Assembly: GCF_006345805.1 (NCBI RefSeq)
Contig: NC_042998.1
Coordinates: 205,716,001-205,780,000 of the forward strand
Source of the DNA: Octopus sinensis
Taxonomy: Eukaryota
Length of the DNA: 64,000 nucleotides
Direction of reading: 5' to 3'
Made by a program: the position numbers and the translations under genes. Position 1 is the first letter of the stretch, and each line of letters starts with the position of its first letter. The notes under the pieces are model-generated. The model saw only the letters and a list, made by a program, of their open reading frames with translations. It did no database searches and was not told the origin of the DNA. Positions 37,747 to 51,720 of this stretch are shown here, one piece after another.

Positions 37747-39276
37747 CAGTGGGAGGAAATAAATATTCATACATGTCAAAATTCTTTATTTAATTTCTAA
37801 TGAACATAAATGGGATTTACCAATACTATATTTGCTTTGCATAAACTAAGAATATGTGAAAGAAACTAATAAATAATAGTAACTAAGGAATTTATATACA
37901 ATCATAAATATTTAGTGGTGAAAAAGTATTCGTACAGAATAAATTTATGATTTTCTATGCCACAAAATACTGTTAAAGTAATTTTTTTATTTTACTAGAA
38001 CTTTCTCGTTTGTTCCAATAATCTTATCAGTTGTCATTTTTAAGTGTCAAAACATTAGCTTCTTCATTCAGCCCTGAGACAACATAAAGTAGTATCGTAA
38101 TAATGGCAAAAAGTAAAGAACTCACAAATACAGTGAAAAACTTAATAATTGAACAGTGGAAAGCAGGTAAAAGTTACAGGAAAATATCAGAGACCCTTTG
38201 TATTCCATTTTCTACCATATCTTCATTTATTCAAAGTTATAAAAAATTGGGAACTGTTGAAAACAGAATAAGATCCAGTGCACCATGCAAGATTTCCCCT
38301 AGATCTTTAAGAAAAGTGAAGCTAAGAATCGAAAAAAACGCAATGATCACCAGAAAGGAGTTGCAAGAAGATTTGTTAGCTTCAGGGACTAGTGTTACAC
38401 TACGAACTTCATAGGAATGAACTGAAGTCACGCTCTCCTAGAAAAACTCTGCTGTTGACTAAAAGGCATAGAGATGCCCATTTAAAATTTGTTTATGAAC
38501 ATAAAGATAAATCTAATACATTCTGGGAAAATGTTCTATAGACAGACGAGTTGAAAATTGAATTGTTTGGAAGAAATTCACGTAGACAGGTTTGGAGGTG
38601 GCAACATCATGGTGTTGGGGTGTTTCTCTGCAAATGGTACTGGCAATTTACATGTGATAGATGGTAGAATGAATGCAGAGATGTACCAAAATATTTTGAA
38701 CAATAATTTATGGGACTCTGTAGAAAAGCTCCAGCTTTGTGAAGGGTGGGTTTTACAACTGGATAACGACCCTAAGCACACGGCGAAGTCTACCAAAAAA
38801 TGGAGTGTCGATCACAATATAAAACTATTAGAATGGCCAAGCCAGTCACCTGACTTGAACCCCATTGAAAATTTGTGGCGTTATTTGAAAATTAAATTCA
38901 TTGAAGAGCCCCAAATTGCATTACAGATTTGAAGAAAATTTGTCAAGAAGAATGGGAAAAAATTCCTAAAGAAATATGCGAGTCATTGATTAAGAAGAAG
39001 AAGAAGAGATTGGTTGAAGTGGAACTGAATAATGGTTATGCTACGAAGTATTAAATCAGAATTATCAGTTATTTATGTTCTGTACAAATACTTTTTTCAC
39101 CCCTAAATATTTATAATTGTATATAAATTCCTTAGTTACTATAATTTATTAGTTTCTTTCGCATATTCTTAGTTTATGCATGTGTATGCAAATATGGCAT
39201 TGGTAGATCCCATTTATGTTCATTAGAAACTAAATTAAGAATATTGACATGTACGAATATTTATTTCCCCCGTCTG
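37747..39276 (+). mobile_element. Tc1-family DD34E transposon, both ends intact, transposase inactivated
   Basis: TA|CAGTGGGAGGAAATAAATATTC...GAATATTTATTTCCCCCGTCTG|TA; about 200-bp TIRs; HTH N-terminus 38103..38414; VL*TDE; GGGNIMVLGCF; D-x34-E in DNDPKH...SPDLNPIE; frameshifts, a TAG and an internal deletion. Confidence 0.95.
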
Positions 39277-39697
39277 TATTCACACACACACACACACACA
39301 CGTGTATATATATAGTTGAAAGGGGTGTAGATTATATGCTCTTAATCCTTAGCTGAAGCAACAGACGAGATAAGCACTAAAATGTTAATGACCTGTGAGA
39401 AATGGTCATTGTTTATAATTAACAGTGAATCGTTATTGTCTCAAATGAATGAAATGACATGGTTTGAGAAATATTACGGAATTCTGCCCACATCTGTTGA
39501 AGCATCATTGATGACTGAATTAAAATAGTTAGTGATGGCAGCCAAGTAGGAACAGCAGCAGAGGACTCTCTCCTTGTGGGACAGTGATCCAATCACAAGA
39601 GACAGACATGCAGTAATTAAACTAATTAATAATCTTATAAACTAATAATGAGAAGATTAGTGCAATTGGATTATCCGTGTTATCTTCTGATTAAATT

Positions 39698-40091
39698 AGG
39701 TGCAGGAGTGGCTGTGTGGTAAGTAGCTTGCTTTCCAGCCACATGGTTCCAGGATCAGTCCCATCATGTGGCACCTTGGGCAAGTGTCTTCTACTGTAGC
39801 CTTGGGCCAACCAAAGCCTTGCAAATACATTTGGTAGATGGAAACTGAAAGAAACCCATTGTATACACATGTATGTGTGTGTTTGTCCTCCACCAACGCT
39901 TGACAGATAGTGTTGGTTTGTTTACATCCCCATAACTTAGCAGTTCAGTGCAAAGAGACTGATAGAATAAGTACTGGAGGCATTAAAAACAGAAAATAAG
40001 TACTGGAGTCGACTTCTCTGACTGAAAAATTCTTCAAGGCAGTGCCCCAGCATGGCCACAGTCTCCTGACTGAAACAAACAAAAGGATAAA
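39698..40091 (+). mobile_element. tRNA-head SINE, family A
   Basis: AGGTGCAGGAGTGGCTGTGTGGTAAGTAGCTTG..., homologous to 10895..11293. Confidence 0.75.
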
Positions 40092-43000
40092 CCGTTTTGT
40101 GTGTTCCATTGAGAGATGTTCATTTTAAAATCATTCATACAAGTGTTGTTGTTGTTGTTGTTGTTAACAGTGAACTCTCAGACAAACAGAATAGACCATT
40201 GATTAGTCTTTTACACTCAGAGTGTGTGTGTGTGCACATGTATGGATATTTAAGTTTGTTCTGGGTTAGTATTGCACTCTCTGACTTGTGGCTGTTAAGT
40301 TCCCTGAATCCAAAATGTTTGGTTAGCATCAAATTGTAAAATAATTAAAGAATTACAAAAACAAGTCGAAATCAAAATGTTCACTTTGTCAAAAACTTTT
40401 TTCAGCACCAGAATTTTTACAAAATCTAAACCATTTACTGAATGTTCCACTCTCCATGCCAATCTTAAGATTTTTATCAAAAGAATTTTTTTTTCTTTTT
40501 TAATAAAGAGAAATATATAAATATTTTTATAATAAACAATTAATACTAAGATTTAATTCTTTATAAATGATTGAGTTTATAGTAATTTATATTGTATATC
40601 TTTTTTTATCTTTTTTATTGTGTGTGTGTGTACAGGTGTGAGAGTTGACTCTTGTATAAACACTTAACTTTCTTTCTGTGAACTCATTTAAAACTAATTA
40701 CTTTAAAAAAATCTTTAACTTCTCTTTCTATCACCTCTCTCTCTCTCTAAATTATTTGATTGCTGTTGAAATCCAAAATAATCCAACAAAATGTCATCGT
40801 ACAGGTGCTGTTGTTCGATTCTCATTAAAGAAACATTTTTTCAAACGATGCTTTCATTGTGACTATAAGCTCTCTTTAATACCATAAGTTTGAAGATATG
40901 TGTGTGTGGGGGGGGGGTGCTACATTGAGAAAGTGGAGTAACTCCTTAATTAATTCCAGGCTGGGTATTTAATTAACTATTTTGAGTGATTAACAATTAT
41001 ATTGAGTATTTAATTAGCAACAACATTAAGCTGATAAATTAACAAAATAATTAACTCAGACTTACAGTTAATTGTTGCTGTGTTCCACTCATTATCTAAT
41101 TTAAAGATGTTTATGTCCAGGTCAACCTTAACGGAGATGATCTGTCATAAGAACTCCAACTATGACCATCCCCTCCTTTTTTTTTTTTTGCAGACATTTT
41201 ACACTCTAGACTCACTTCTTTTTGAGATGTTATGGTTTGATTTAAGGGAGAAATAGCTGTTATTTCTAGCAAGACAAGCAACAATGTAGACTTCATGACT
41301 AATTTGAATTAATTTTTTTTTAATAATACTTCCAAATAATGATTGCAGGTTGGGGGGTCATCTGTTATATATAACAGTGTCATGTCTGTACATCAGTGTA
41401 ATATATTTCCAGAAGTGGCCAACTGGCAGAATCGTTAGCACACCAGCCAAAATGTTTAGTCGCATTTCATCTGACTTTACATACCAAGTTCAAATTCTGC
41501 CACGGTTCAACTTTACCTTTTATCCCTTCAGAGTTGATAAATTAAGTACCAGTTGAGCACTGGGGGTCAATGTAATTGATTTACACCCTCCCACCAAAAA
41601 TACAAGCCTTGCACCAAAATTCAAAACCAATTTAGACTGAAAGGAAAATATGAAAATTTGGCATTTGTGAGATTTCTTCCTCAAACATTTCAATTTGTTT
41701 ATAAAACACATTTACTCATTGTCTTTGGCACTGATTTAAGTGAGAGGTGATGTCCATTGTCAGACTTAAACACAAACTACAAATTTAGGGCCCCACAAAA
41801 TAAAAAAATATTTCATAATTTTCCAAGAAACCATTTGAGGGAAAGTGTCTTAACACGTCTCTCCCTGCAAACTTTCTATAAACAAAGGCCTCATCAAAAC
41901 TAAAATTAGGCACAGCTACCAATGAAAATAGATCACGGAAAATTGCAGTGTTCATGCCTAATTTTCTTGAGAATCAGTGCTGTCTTCCCTCAGATTATAA
42001 ATGGTTTTTAGCAAGGCATCCCAGCTGAATGAGAGCCCATTTTAGTGAAGTACCTTGACATCCAATAAGACCCTTTCCAACTGAACATAGTTTTCTATTT
42101 CTATTACTGAATTCCAACAAGACCTGTACTCATAGAAGTGGCTTTCATAGGAGGAACTAGTCAAACACTACAAAGGGATACACATGTGGGCATAACCCAC
42201 AAAGAAAAAATATCTACCAATGTTGAGCACTCATTCTCACTGTTTGATATTAATGTGTGTGTTTTTGTGTTTGTCTCCCAGCACTGCTTGACAGCTGGTG
42301 TTGATGTCTCTGTAACTTAGTGGTTCAGCAAAAGAGACTGATAGAAGTACCAGGCTTTAAAAGACACAAAACCGGTTGATTCATTTGACCAAAAAATGAC
42401 TGAAACGACATGCACCATCACTTTGCAGAAAATGCTGGAATGTTTCATTCTTAATCTCTGAACGAATGTTTTTGAGGAAAGACTATTATTAAGAAAATAA
42501 GTGACTTTCATTAAATGATGTCAAGTAACCCCTAAAACAAGGTCCAGTATCTAGTAAGGCCTCAATGCTGTCAAACACTTACGTCATCAAACCCACTTTT
42601 TAGAATTCCTCTTTTTTTCTTTTTTGTCACATCAAAATATATAATTATCCAATGTGTGTGTGTATTCCTCACAAACCATTGATCTAGTACACACATGAAT
42701 GGAACACTGAACTTTGACCAGAGTTGTTCCTCTCCCGTCATGTCTACTAAAGGTCAGATTGTCCTTCCCTTACAGTATTACCTAAAGCAGTCTAATCAGA
42801 CAGAAACAGGTTCAGAGTTATTGCCCCTATCTTCTCAAGCTCAATCTATCCTTCTACTTATCACATTATTTAGTTAACATCCTGCTACATCAATTCATTT
42901 CAATGAATTTCGTGTTGTCTCAGCTGCCCATGTTTTGAACCATATTTCCTTCATCTAGATACACTAATTCCAGATACTCTACTGGCCATATTAAATATGG

Positions 43001-46000
43001 TAGCATTTAGTGAAAAGCACTGGTGCTGGTGCCACATGAAAAGCACCCAGTTCCCTCTGCTAAGTGGTTCCTATTGAGAAGAGCATCCAGCAGTGGAACC
43101 GATATCAAAACAATAAACCCTAATGTGGCTCCTCTTAAACCATCCAACCATGCCAGTATGGAAAAAAAAATTCATCAACAAATGGTGATTACTCCATATT
43201 TGACTCAAGCTTAGACTTAATCATAGTTTGCAGTTTTCTACAGAATTTCTCTGAACTTGTTCACTTTCTTCTGTGATTCTTTAAAATCGAAATGCCATTT
43301 TACAATAATAGCTATTTCCCCCTTACACCAAACATGGTTGTATCTATTTTTTTCTTTAATATTTATTTTCAGAGCAGCAATTTTTGCAGGTATAAAATTC
43401 AGCCAAGACAGATATTTAACTTGTAACAACCCCGTCCCCATTATAAGAACAATCCCCTTTCTTTTGTAATGTCATCACTGTTATAGGGCAATAGTCTGGA
43501 GAGAGAGAGAGAGATTTGTTACATTAGGACACTATTTCTGAAATCGTTTTTTTTTTTAAATAAAATCATGAAATTTATTTACCATTTCAAATAACTGATA
43601 GTGGCTTTTCTTTTCTGAAAAATCTTACTTTTTGTGTGAGAATCAAATTTAAAAACATTGTCTTTAAAAGTGCTGCCTGACATTTAAGAAAGACTCTATT
43701 CAGAGCAGAAACAAGTAAGATTCTGTCTCGTTTATTATTCAATTAAAATTTAATTAAAATGTAAGTAAGGTTCAGTGTATCAGACATTTCTTAACCATCT
43801 GAAAGTTTGCATTTTTTATATTTATTTTGTACTTTTGCATATCACATTCTGAGTAATTTATCTCGTTATGAAAACAATAAGCAGTTTACTTGATGACAAT
43901 CAAAGCACATATCTTACACATTTGGATGTCTGGTCTGGATAAGATGAGTCAAATATTTGAATTATCTCAAACCACAACATTTTTGTTTACTCTCATTTAT
44001 ATCCTGATTAGATTTGCTTTCTTCAAACTGAGTTTAATCCCTAATTATTCTTTTGAAATGGGATCTCATTAACATTCTTTCATTAATTCCTCTATTTCAT
44101 GTCTGTTTTACTAAATTATTCCACAACTCCCACCATTGTCACACTCCTCACTCAATCTGCAACCAATGCTCTCCTACACAACCGTTCACTCTTTTTACGT
44201 GGCCTCTAGATTCACTGTAGATCAACTGAAGTTTATTCTTCCTTGCATTCACCACCCACTACGAGGCCAGGGTAGCCAATTGCTAATAGATTACACTAAT
44301 GTTATTTCATAAATATATTTACATGAGATCACCCACCAATGGTGAGGGACATCCCCCCCCTCTCCAAATCTAGTGACTCTCATAGAAAAGCAGTAAACTT
44401 GATGTAAAATTCTTACGTGGAATCAATTTACACCCCTTGTATTGGTATTGCTCTTGAGAAAGACTAGAATCACATCATTTCTAGCTAAATTTCCAAATAA
44501 GAAATTCTTGCATTTTCTTGTGGCTGATGCCTTGTTTCGCAGGAATTTAGGAATTAGCTGTTGCAACAGATTCCCATCAAATCACTAAAAACTCTTCATT
44601 CTTTCCAGTTGTCAGTTTTTCTTGAAATCGATGTCTTCATGCTTATTCTCTTCACTTCAAACTTGTACAAGACTCTTTCAGATTCAATCTCACAAACAGA
44701 ACGAAAAGGCATTGCTTTGTTTGTTTGTTTTTCTTTTTCTATATCAGCTCCTCTACTTTGCATGTATGCTCACTATGTTGTTTAACCCAAAGTCTGCCCC
44801 TATCAAGCATACTTATGATCAAAGCATTTTGGCCATCACCATCCATCCAGCTCTCTTTTATTCCTACCCATGACTTTTATCCAGTGTTGTATTTTTTTTA
44901 AGACACGATTTGATATGAAGATTTGGCTGTTATTTTTGTCAGGTCAAATGACCATGTAGCGTTTCTTGTTGGCTCATTATCTTCAGTCTAAGCAAATGAG
45001 GCTGCTGCTAGCAATAGTAGCAATAAAGCCAATTTTATATTTCATCATTTGCTGGCCACATGTCATTGATGTCTCTGTACTCTGAGTCTATCCTGCAGTA
45101 GATGCTTTTAATGTCTTTGGAATAACCACAATTTCTCATGAAATCTCAACCCAGCGACTGAAAAATAGGGCATCAGTCTGCAAAGAGTCTGTTGTCAAAG
45201 AAACCAGGCCAGCCTTGTCTTATTTGTATCATCATCAAGAGTTACTTGTTTTGGAAATTCTTTTAGAATTTTAAAGCAAGAAATATTTTCTTCTCATCAA
45301 ATCACTTAAATTCTGGGAGACTTGAGATAAACAACCTGTTTCTATAAATTGCTTGAGATGTTGCCATTAAGATCTTAGTTTTCAGAAGATCATTTGTGGA
45401 ACTCCTCTGATTTTCTCTGAAATTCTTCACATTTGGTAATTTTATTTATTACATAAATCAAGTGGTGGAATTTATTTGTTGACTATTTAATTGGCCAACA
45501 TTTCTACTTTTCTTGTCTGTGGTTCCATTTACTCAGGAATTAAACATTAAAGTGTCAAACTTCCTTAATCTCTCTTTGAAATAGGGAACAAAATTTCTGC
45601 AGTGGAATATTCCATGATAACACTGTTACAATATTTGGTGATCTTAGTAATTCTGCACTTTTCTACGTCGTCTCACTAGCTGCAAATTCATACTGCAGCA
45701 AGTGAAAGAGCAAAATTTACTTGTGTTTCTTCTTTTTGAAATGTAAATAATAAGAAAAGCTTTGGTGAGATTAAATGACGTCAGCTCTGACAACTGAAGT
45801 TATTCTGCAGCACTGAAAATGGTAAACATTTGTCCGTCCAAATTCCGTAATAGCTCAGCACACCAATTCCTTCAAGTCTTTCTCTCATCATCGTCCACAT
45901 GCAGCACATTATCAATGCTGATGACGATGGCCTTTCTTAAACCTCCTTCGATATTTGTTGAAACGACGACTTTCATGCTATAAACCTATTTACTCTGCAT

Positions 46001-46006
46001 TATATA

Positions 46007-46061
<55 letters not shown>

Positions 46062-46599
46062 GTAGCATCTCCAACGTTGCAGTAGTATACATTGTCCCGG
46101 TTCACCCATTCCTTCTGTAGTGCTGATTGGAGAGGGAGGTAACTTTGGCTATCAGAATATCTAAGGGCAATAACTGGTGCTGTATCTGTCAACTCTAAAA
46201 CTCCAACGTTTCTCTCTATCTCTGATGTATCTACAGGCTCTCAACTCTGACTGTTGAACATTATCGAGGATATTCTGGCCAAATTATTTAAATCATAAAA
46301 CCGCCCAAAGACAATTCTGCATGATTAATGGAAATAACAAACCAAGTGACTTCTTCACAACTAAAGTGGACAGGAAGTAGAAAAAATGGCTTTGTTTTCT
46401 GGATTTTGGTCCTGAATACAATATCTTATTCACCAGATGTATTTGGCTTGGTTCACTGCCCTCAACACACACCTCCCCTACATTATGCTCCTGTAATTCT
46501 TGCCTTCAACATGGAGCACCATAATGCAAAAACATTTCTTCATTCTCAGTTTACTCACTTCCGTAGAACAAATGGACGCCTGCCTGGCGTACACACACA

Positions 46600-46630
<31 letters not shown>

Positions 46631-46866
46631 CCACACACACACACACACACAAACACACAAACACACACACAATGTAAAATTATTTTAAATTTGTATTTTT
46701 CAGTTGTTAATCTAAATAAAATTCCTTTGGTTCCAAACCAAATTATTTCCAATATTTCAACAAAGATCATTGTCTTCAAAGTCTGAATCTTTAATCTGGC
46801 ATTGATCCCAATGTCAGCCAAACTTGATTTATCATCAACAATCTTCTGAAAATTGATAATGTTTAC

Positions 46867-47027
46867 TTTGAGGTCAACCATCATCCAGCCAACATTTGAT
46901 GAAAAGCTCTCTACCCATGACTCTCCCATCTTTTTATAGTTATCCACATCAAGGCTATCTCGTTGGCCTTCTGTAAACCGAACAGATTCAGAATCACATG
47001 TTTTAGTCTCTTGTGTAGAAACCAATG
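46867..47027 (-). CDS. Candidate exon of an unidentified gene or pseudogene
   Basis: ttttctcttgttcAG acceptor, GTaaac donor, 161 bp open frame LVSTQETKTCDSESVRF...WVESFSSNVGWMMVDLK; no recognisable family and no partner exons found. Confidence 0.25.
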
Positions 47028-49329
47028 CTGAACAAGAGAAAACTCATCCTGAAGTCATGTTGTTTAACCACAGGTCAGTCCTGGTTAAATAGACATATGA
47101 TCAAAGGTATTCCAGCTTTTTAACACTTCAATCACAGTGTATCTGCAACTACAACATCCAATGTGTCCTTCCTTTTCAAAGACAGTAGGATGTAATGAGG
47201 AACATTTGGCTACTATTCCTAGCATGTCAAGCAACCACATAGCATTCTCTTGACTCATCATGCTGGAGCATTAAAATTCCCATATTAACCATCATCTCTG
47301 TGATGTTAGAGTAACACATTGAACATAATCATTGTCTGTCGGCCCAGCCAGTGGCCAAATGCGATTAGGGGAGAACATCTCCACAAAAACTTGTCTCACA
47401 TAAAAATGTGAAATGTTGAAATAGTGTAAAAAAAAAAAAATGAGAAATTGATAGAAATAGTTGAAATGTGTTAGTAATCCCACACTCCGAATATATGAGT
47501 GTGTGTATATATATATATATATATGTGTGTACCCATCACCCACCCACCCCCATTTCTTAGCCAAGCTGTTCAATATTAACTTTTTAGAAATAATTCTTGG
47601 AAAAGAAATTTTTCGATTGTTTCAAATTTTACTCTTTTTAGCTTCTTGGTCATCTTGTCACCCGTTTGTTTCAAGAATATGTCATCAAGTTTGGATTTCT
47701 TCATCTTTGTTGTACTTCCAGCTGTCATCATTGTATTTTTCATTAACATCTCCAAAAACCATTCTATGTTTATTTGCTAATTCAGGATTGTTCAAAGAAA
47801 ACGGATAATCCAGGATTTAAAATACAATAAAAAAATCTTTTCCAGCGTTCATGGAGTCAAATAAATTTGAAGATCAATTTTCATTTTATCAATAAATGTA
47901 CCAAATGAATTACTCTTTTGAAATAAAAGATGCTATATTTTTAAGAAAGAGTTCTTTTGTGTGTGATTCTTTGCCAGATCCAATTCTTTTTGACAATTAA
48001 AGTGAAATAAGTTCTGTTTTATTTTTTATTGCCTAATTGGGAAGAAGGTGCAGTATCTGTCCCCTTTACATGGATTGTCTTTGTTCAGCTTACATTTTAG
48101 GGCATAGATTTACACGAAATTTTGATGGAAGACTTTAATGTGGATCACCTTAGAACAGGAAGTTTGTTGTCATAGAAGCAAGTGGCAGCCTCAGGTGGGT
48201 TCGTAACAAAAGGGTCAAACATCTTTAAGTCAATGATTGCAGGAAATGCAATTACGGAGAAGGAATTCCAGAGGATTGACATTGTTGGGGTAGAAATGAA
48301 GAAGTGTAAGAAACGATATTGAGAATGCAGGATGGGTGAGGAGAGCATGAAAAGGGGATGAAATAAATGCAGTTCTGCTCCCATGATGATGATGATGATG
48401 GCAGCTGAGTGAATAGTGTCATGGATGACAGATAGGTTGTCGGGAAAAGGTTTGATAAAGACAAATTCAGTCAGGAGCATAGACATAAGCAATAAGGTCT
48501 TAGAGCCTCATTTTTGCTGAGATGGACAGGTCTCCATATAAACACACACACACATGATGGGTATTCACATAGTTTTTGTCTACTGAATTAATTAACATAT
48601 TGGTCAAGTTTGCAACCATGTGGTCATTACAAAATGAACTTCTTAACTTCTCTCGCCCCACCACCACTGCCCCATTATGCTTAAACTGCAGAACGTGCTA
48701 GAACATGACTTTGTTCATAATGAAACAACCACAGAAAGAGCAGCAGCTGTTACAGAACCAAGGGGAAAAGGCCTTTGACAGCATATCCCATCCTTATAGT
48801 CTGGTGGTTGCTAAAGGAACTTAGTGTAGGTGAAGGGTTTGCGAGTTAAAGATGAAGGCTAAAAGAGAAGTCTGGTGAACCGAAAAAAAGCCCCGTGAAT
48901 ATCTGACTAGTCCCTCCCTAAAAGCTAAAAAAAATTCATAACCCTTTGAATGTTGACAGGAATTCCCTCATCCCTGACTCACTTTGTTCCACCTGATAAC
49001 ATTTCTCACAGAGTTCCTACAAGCTGTATCAAGATTCAGTCAGCAAAATATTCAATGAGGAATTTAGCATGCAGCCAGGTGCTTATCACAGCCCTTCTAT
49101 ATTGATAGTTCTTGAGAAGAAACTTTAAACACAAACATCTCAAGGTAAATTGAGCAGAGAATGAGGTTTTAGTTAACAATAAAGAAGACATGATTCTGAA
49201 CTGCCAAGTTCAAAATGAAGAAGGAATTCCATAGTGTTTAGTTGATGTAAACTGTGTTTGCACAAGAAGTGGGATCAGATGCATCAAGATTTCAGGAACA
49301 AAACAAGCAGGAATACACAGTAAGGAAGA

Positions 49330-50620
49330 GAAGAGGGTCTAACGTTTTGGGGTAGCAAGTCCTTCATCAAGAGACAGAGAAAGGAGAAAACAAGGGGAAA
49401 ATAAAATGGTTCTACAATGAATGAAAAACGCAAAAGAATGGCGATTAGAAGTGTTAAAACTGAAATGGGTTTCTTGGTTGAATAGAGATTCAGTGAAAGG
49501 AAGATAATGGGTGAAGAGTTTGATGTGTGAGCTTGTGTGTGTAGGGGTAACAAATGGGGGATGCAATGTCATGTGGATGCATAAAGGCTAGAAGAGCTGG
49601 ATCATGTGAGAGAAGGACAGAAGGAGACGTGAAATAGAGAGAGGCTGTTTATAGGGTGTGGGGAGAGGCCATGTTATGAAACAACAGATAGTTGTTAATT
49701 CTTGCAGGGTAGCTTACTGGAAACAAAAATCAGTTTGTTATTATGCTATGAAAAAGTGATGGATCCATAGTGTAAAGAGACTTCAGTAGAAAGACGTGGG
49801 AATGTCTATGACAATTGAAATGATGGTTTAAAGGTTGTAGTTCTTATGTTAGACATCAACCTGTTAATTCTGCCTTATTTTTCTAATATATAATACAACA
49901 TAGGAATTGGCTAAATGAGAAATGTGTCAGAAAAAAAGATGAGGAGGTGGGGGTAGGGAAAGTGTGATGTTAGGACAGCTCTTGCATCTGAAGAGGAAGC
50001 AAGCAAAGGATTCGGAGGGTGGATTGGAAAATCATGAAGATAGAGGCCACTTGTGAAGGAAAGGAGAGACCATTCCAGAAGTGGGAAGTAGCAAAGTCAG
50101 ATTATAAGAGACAAAAGTGCCATTGGATGTTGCAGTGAAGGTGGTCAAAGCAGGAAATGGTGAGGAATACAGAAAGGCAGTTGGCGATAGATTGGTGGGT
50201 GAATGTAAGTGGTGTGAAGTAGAGGATTATTTGGTGTTACCTGGATAACAGACATGCTGATTAAGGAATTGTGAAAAGGGGTTGGCAGAGATGGTATGAG
50301 CAGTGGGTGGATGAAGTAAAATCAAAGGAGTGGCCATCAGTGGATTTGTTGAAGAGAGGAGGGGCTGAAATGCTTAATAGATACAGTGATGTCCAAGAAG
50401 TTATCACATCTGGGAGAATATAAATGTGAAGTTGAGAGTAAAGTGAAAGGATTAAAGCTGTTGCTGGATAAAGAAGCGGGGTGGAGGATTGGTAATGAGT
50501 GACAAGTTGGGCCTCAATGTGTGCCAGAAAACAGGTCAGCTTAGTGAAAGCCCATTCTGGGTTCCATGGCCATCCCAGTGAATTCTTAATATAATTGAAG
50601 CAGTAGACTGACAGAATTAT
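49330..50620 (-). mobile_element. Heavily decayed Penelope-like (Neptune-type) element
   Basis: Fragmented motifs GMAMEPRMGFH*ADLFLAHIE (PLE RT GxAMG), NKSTDGHS (RKPTDxH), RCKSCPNI and NHHFN (GIY-YIG region). Confidence 0.6.
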
Positions 50621-51079
50621 TAGTGTTGGACAAAATGGTTGTTTGTAGTAATTACAGATCATCATCATCATCATTTAGCGTCAGTTGTCCATGCTGGCAT
50701 GGGTTGGACGGTTTGACCAGAGCTGGCAAGCTGGAGAGCTGCATCAGGCTCCAGCCTGATTTGGCATGGGTTCTACGGCTGGATGCCCATGCTTTTATGA
50801 GGCACCACAGAGATGCTTTTATATGGCACTGCATGGGTGCTATTATGTGGCAACACATGGGAATTTTTCCATGGTACTGCACAGGTGCTTTTTATGTGTC
50901 TTTGTACATGGCCTGGACAGCTTTTACCAACCACTCATCCATCCCTGGCCTCTTCACAGTCCACTATATCACATAACACTATTGAAGACTTTCTCTAGAT
51001 CAACAAATACCAAGCATAATGGCTTATTCTTAGCTAAGCACTTCTCTTGTAGTGGCCTGACTATGAAAATAGTGTCAGT

Positions 51080-51720
51080 AGTGCTTCTTCCCTGGACAAA
51101 GCGTAACTGCATTTTGTCTAACCTAATTCTGCTCCCCTAATTAATTGGGCTATGACTCTCTCTCTCTAATTTCCACCACCTGGTCCAGGTGTTTGATGCC
51201 TCTATAATTGCTTCTATCTAAAGCATCACCCTTACCCTTGTAGCAGCTAACAATAATGCTGCTATGCCAATCCTTGAGTAGAACACCTTCCTGAATGACC
51301 TGATTGACTTACCAGATATTTTGAACATCTCAGCCAGGATTCCAGATGGACCAGGGGCTTTCCTAATTTTCATCTTCTTAACTACCATACTACTGTCCAC
51401 TAGGACAGCTGGTCCCTCTATTGGACTCACATGAGGGAAACTTTCTTTGTCCTGATGTCTAGCCCCCCTTTTAGCCCTCTGATAAGATTCTTTGCTACCC
51501 ACTCTTTTCTACTCTTTCCAGACCTGTCCCCTGTCTGTTGCCCTTCATAGATTGCCCCATGGGAACTTCCAGTCGTTCTCTATGTCATTTATCTCTATTT
51601 CTCCCTCCATCTCATCAAAGGCCTCATTAAGGATATCTCTAAGTCTCTGTCCGTTTAAAGGATCTTTGAGTTTCCACAGCCTCCTTTTCCATACTAGATC
51701 TTTCTGGCCCTAAGTCTCTG
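51080..51720 (-). mobile_element. Decayed RTE LINE fragment
   Basis: KKMKIRKAPGPSGILAEMFKISG; DNA homologous to 57250..58200. Confidence 0.7.

Noticed and set aside
35860-37800. Many long ORFs rich in I/Y/C/V/H/T
   Set aside because: They are translations of stop-free (TA)n, (TG)n and (CA)n microsatellites, not genes
45790-45960. TGA-interrupted Cys-rich frame (CAACGR**...LVC*...YHFQCC) as a selenoprotein or PHD finger
   Set aside because: The frame is short and bounded by TAA stops, off-frame TGA is expected in GA-rich sequence, there is no SECIS evidence, and ligand spacing is unconvincing
48094-48148. 55-bp minus-strand segment with good AG/GTAAG splice signals
   Set aside because: It has stops in all three frames, and a non-coding exon cannot be supported without transcripts
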